Shown: one piece after another, positions 58,140 to 60,751 of the stretch
How the letters are laid out: every line of letters begins with the position of its first letter
Position numbering within the stretch: position 1 is the first letter of the stretch
DNA from: a virus
Lineage: Duplodnaviria > Caudoviricetes
Reading direction: 5' to 3' (one strand)
IMG/VR virus record: IMGVR_UViG_3300047552_001108
Coordinates: 1-60,751 of that record
Length of the DNA: 60,751 nt
Notes under the pieces: model-generated
Seen by the model: only the letters and a program-made list of their open reading frames with translations
Database searches by the model: none
What the model was told of the DNA's origin: nothing
Translations under genes and position numbers: made by a program

Positions 58140-60751
58140 CGACAACACCCAGCCGAACTCCGAACTGACGCCGGTTGCCAAGCCGCTGGTCGCCTATCAG
58201 GCCCACGCGTTCTCGTCCTTCACCAAGTTCGCCCAGGCCCCACAAGGCGGCACGGTCGCCGAGATCGTGGCGTCGCTTGAGTTCCCGTCCGACTACGACG
58301 GCTACGTCCATGTGTGGCTCAACGATCTGCCGCTGGACCGCGAGGATTGGGGCCATGTGATCCCTGCCGACGGCCAGATGATCTACGTTCGGGTGGTCCC
58401 GCAAGGCGGTGGCGGCAAGGACGTGCTGCGCGTCGTGGCTTCGATTGCCATCGCGGTGGTGGCAGTTGCCACGGGCAACTATTGGGCCGCTCAACTCGGG
58501 TTCGAGGGCTTCGCTGCGACGGCCGCATCGGCGGCCATCGCTGCTGGCATCACCATCGTCGGGAACATGGCGCTCAACGCGCTGATCCCGCCGCCCAAGC
58601 TGGAACTGGACTTCGGCAACGGCCTGGGGTCGCAGAAGAACCAACTCACCGGGTCGTCGAACCGCTTTGCACCCTACGCGCCGATCCCGCGCATCTTTGG
58701 CAAGCGCCGCGTGTACCCGCTGCTGGCGGGCCGCCCTTACTCCGAAACGCAGGGTGACAACGAGTACCTGCGCATGGCGCTGCTCGTCGGGTGGGGGCCG
58801 CTGCGCATCTCCGACATCCGCATCGGTGAAACGCCGATCACTTCGTTTGCCGAGGTGGAGTTCGAGGTGCGCGAAGGGTGGGCCAACGACAACCCGCTGA
58901 CCCTCTACACCAGCACCATCACCGAGTCGTCGTACTCGATCCTGCTTGCGCCTTCGACGGCGAACATCCGCACCTCCGAGGCGGGCGTCACTGAACTCAG
59001 CGTGGACGTGACCGCGCCCTCTGGCCTTGCCAAGTTCGAGAACGACGGCAAGCGCACCTCCATCGATGTGGACGTTGAGGTCCGCTATTCGGTGGCCGGC
59101 GCCAACAACTGGCAGACGCCGACGTGGCTTAACTCATCCGACCCGGGCCTGGACGTGAGCGGCCGCATTCGCCTGAGTGGCGCCGACACATCGGCCATCC
59201 GCCGCACGGGGCGCTTCTCGGTGCCGGCCGGCCAATACGACGTCCGGCTCACTCGCACCACCAGCGAGTACGACACCACGCGGCATGTGCAGGAGGTCCG
59301 GTGGACTGTGATGCGCAACGTTCGCCCGTCGTATCCGGTCCAGCAGGGTGGCGTGGCGCTCATTGCCTTCCGCATGAAGGCCACCGGGCAATTGAACGGC
59401 ATCCCGCAGCAGATCAGCTGCCTTGCCGAGTCGTACCTGCCGGTCTACAACGGGGCCGCTTGGTCATTCCAGATCACGCGCAACCCGGCCTGGGCCTTTG
59501 CCGATGTTCTGCGCCGTCGGGGTGGGCAGACCTATCTGCCTGATGAACGGATCGATCTGGCGACCCTTCAAGCCTGGGCCACGGCCTGCGATGCCACGGC
59601 ACCAAACGCCTCCGAGCCTTACTGGACCTTCGACGGTGTGATTGAGGGCGGCGGCGTGTTCCAAGTGCTGCGCCAGATTGCTTCGAGCGCCCGAGCGAAC
59701 TACACGGTGCGCGACGGCAAGCACTCCGTGGTTCGGGACATTCAGCAGACCATCCCGATCCAGCACATCACGCCGCGCAACAGCTTCGGCTACAGCGGCA
59801 CCAAGGTGTTCCTAGACTACCCGCACGCCCTGCGGGTGGTGTTCGTCAACGCGGCCAAGAACTACGAAGAGGACGAGCGGATCGTCTACGACGACGGCTA
59901 CAACGCTGGCAACGCCACCAAGTTCGAAACTCTGGACTTGTACGGCTGCACCTCGGCCACCCAGGCATATCGTGAGGGCCGGTACTTCCTGGCGGTGGCC
60001 CGCCTGCGCCCCGAGACGCACGTTGTCTCGATGGACATCGAGAACCTGCGCTGCACCATCGGCGACCTCGTGCAGTTCCAGCACGACGTGGTTTCCATCG
60101 GCATCGCGACAGCCCGGATCGTGTCGGTCGCTGGCTCCGTGATCACGCTCGATCAGGAGATGACGTGCGACGCCGGGACAACCTACGCCCTGCGTGTTCG
60201 AACGGCCACCGGGGATTCGGTGGTGGTTTCCTTGTCGTCTCCGGGGAGCACCACCACGGCGACCTTCACCGCCACGAGTTCGACGCTGGCGATTGGTGTT
60301 GGCGATCTCGCCATGTTCGGCGTGTCCACGAGCATCTCCGCTTCGATGATCGTCAAGAAGATCGAGCCGGGGCCGGACTTCACGGCCAAGCTCTATCTGG
60401 TCGACGCGCAGAGTGGGGTCTACACGGCCGACACGGGAGCGATCCCGGCCTTCAATTCGAACATCACCAACACCACGCCGCCGGAGGAGCGGCGGCCCGA
60501 CACGCCGTCGATCCTTTCGCTGCGCTCGGACGATTCGGCAGCCATGATCCTGGCCGACGGCACCGTTCAGGTTCGCATCGCGGTGACCCTGGCGGCGCCA
60601 ACTTCCAGCCTTGTGCCGGTGGATGCCTACGACGTGCAGTGGCGCGTTTCCGGCGCGGTGAACTGGATCGAGCAGCGCTTTGCGCGCGGCACGCCGATCT
60701 TCTTGTCCCCGGTGCAAGAGGGCGTCACCACGAGGTGCGCGTCCGGGCCGT
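58132..60751 (+). CDS. N-terminal part of the central tail fibre / host-specificity protein (lambda I+J-like), continuing across the circular join
   Basis: Missing from the ORF track because no stop is reached in the window. ATG 58132 MLDDNTQ, VPQGGGGK..LR (I-like), PIPR.FG, G.GPL.I.DIRIGET, TRNPAW; in frame with 1-3333. Confidence 0.88.
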   Translation, partial: MLDDNTQPNSELTPVAKPLVAYQAHAFSSFTKFAQAPQGGTVAEIVASLEFPSDYDGYVHVWLNDLPLDREDWGHVIPADGQMIYVRVVPQGGGGKDVLRVVASIAIAVVAVATGNYWAAQLGFEGFAATAASAAIAAGITIVGNMALNALIPPPKLELDFGNGLGSQKNQLTGSSNRFAPYAPIPRIFGKRRVYPLLAGRPYSETQGDNEYLRMALLVGWGPLRISDIRIGETPITSFAEVEFEVREGWANDNPLTLYTSTITESSYSILLAPSTANIRTSEAGVTELSVDVTAPSGLAKFENDGKRTSIDVDVEVRYSVAGANNWQTPTWLNSSDPGLDVSGRIRLSGADTSAIRRTGRFSVPAGQYDVRLTRTTSEYDTTRHVQEVRWTVMRNVRPSYPVQQGGVALIAFRMKATGQLNGIPQQISCLAESYLPVYNGAAWSFQITRNPAWAFADVLRRRGGQTYLPDERIDLATLQAWATACDATAPNASEPYWTFDGVIEGGGVFQVLRQIASSARANYTVRDGKHSVVRDIQQTIPIQHITPRNSFGYSGTKVFLDYPHALRVVFVNAAKNYEEDERIVYDDGYNAGNATKFETLDLYGCTSATQAYREGRYFLAVARLRPETHVVSMDIENLRCTIGDLVQFQHDVVSIGIATARIVSVAGSVITLDQEMTCDAGTTYALRVRTATGDSVVVSLSSPGSTTTATFTATSSTLAIGVGDLAMFGVSTSISASMIVKKIEPGPDFTAKLYLVDAQSGVYTADTGAIPAFNSNITNTTPPEERRPDTPSILSLRSDDSAAMILADGTVQVRIAVTLAAPTSSLVPVDAYDVQWRVSGAVNWIEQRFARGTPIFLSPVQEGVTTRCASGP
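60604..60751. repeat. Terminal direct repeat, right copy
   Basis: Matches 1-149 with a single-base deletion near the contig end. Confidence 0.97.

Noticed and set aside
60604-60751. Biological terminal repeat, or a real frameshift in J
   Set aside because: It falls mid-gene and is about one read long; most likely an assembly overlap of a circular or permuted genome with an end-of-contig indel.

Overview
This is an apparently complete, circularly permuted genome of a temperate, GC-rich, siphovirus-type phage. Bases 60604-60751 repeat bases 1-149 with a 1-nt deletion, giving a unit length of about 60,603 bp. The central tail-fibre gene runs across the join (58132-60603 + 1-3333, about 1934 aa). 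It carries a tyrosine integrase, DUF4224 excisionase-like gene and an intact attP matching the 3' half of tRNA-Pro(GGG); the host is probably a betaproteobacterium (inference). Early and replication functions are YqaJ/RecT/SSB, a CI-like repressor with a degenerate S24 site, a DUF1376 initiator with an iteron origin, and a split T7-gp4/Twinkle-type primase-helicase. Late functions are ParB-methylase, terminase, portal, a fibre module, holin/SAR-endolysin/Rz-Rz1, MuF, a putative head-cargo cluster, protease/scaffold, capsid and a lambda-like non-contractile tail. The most notable items are: (1) a 1436-aa Nudix + kinase-like + WGR + ADP-ribosyltransferase protein among genes that share putative K|A/S-cleaved leaders; (2) a prohead protease split over two genes; (3) a Gp49/66 (Acb4-like) + crAss001_48 (Sequestin-like) double-sponge fusion; (4) a dispersed 16-bp operator regulon at four leftward early islands and the replication promoter; (5) a three-way-junction leader RNA before the initiator. 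All family calls come from motif recognition by eye, not database searches.
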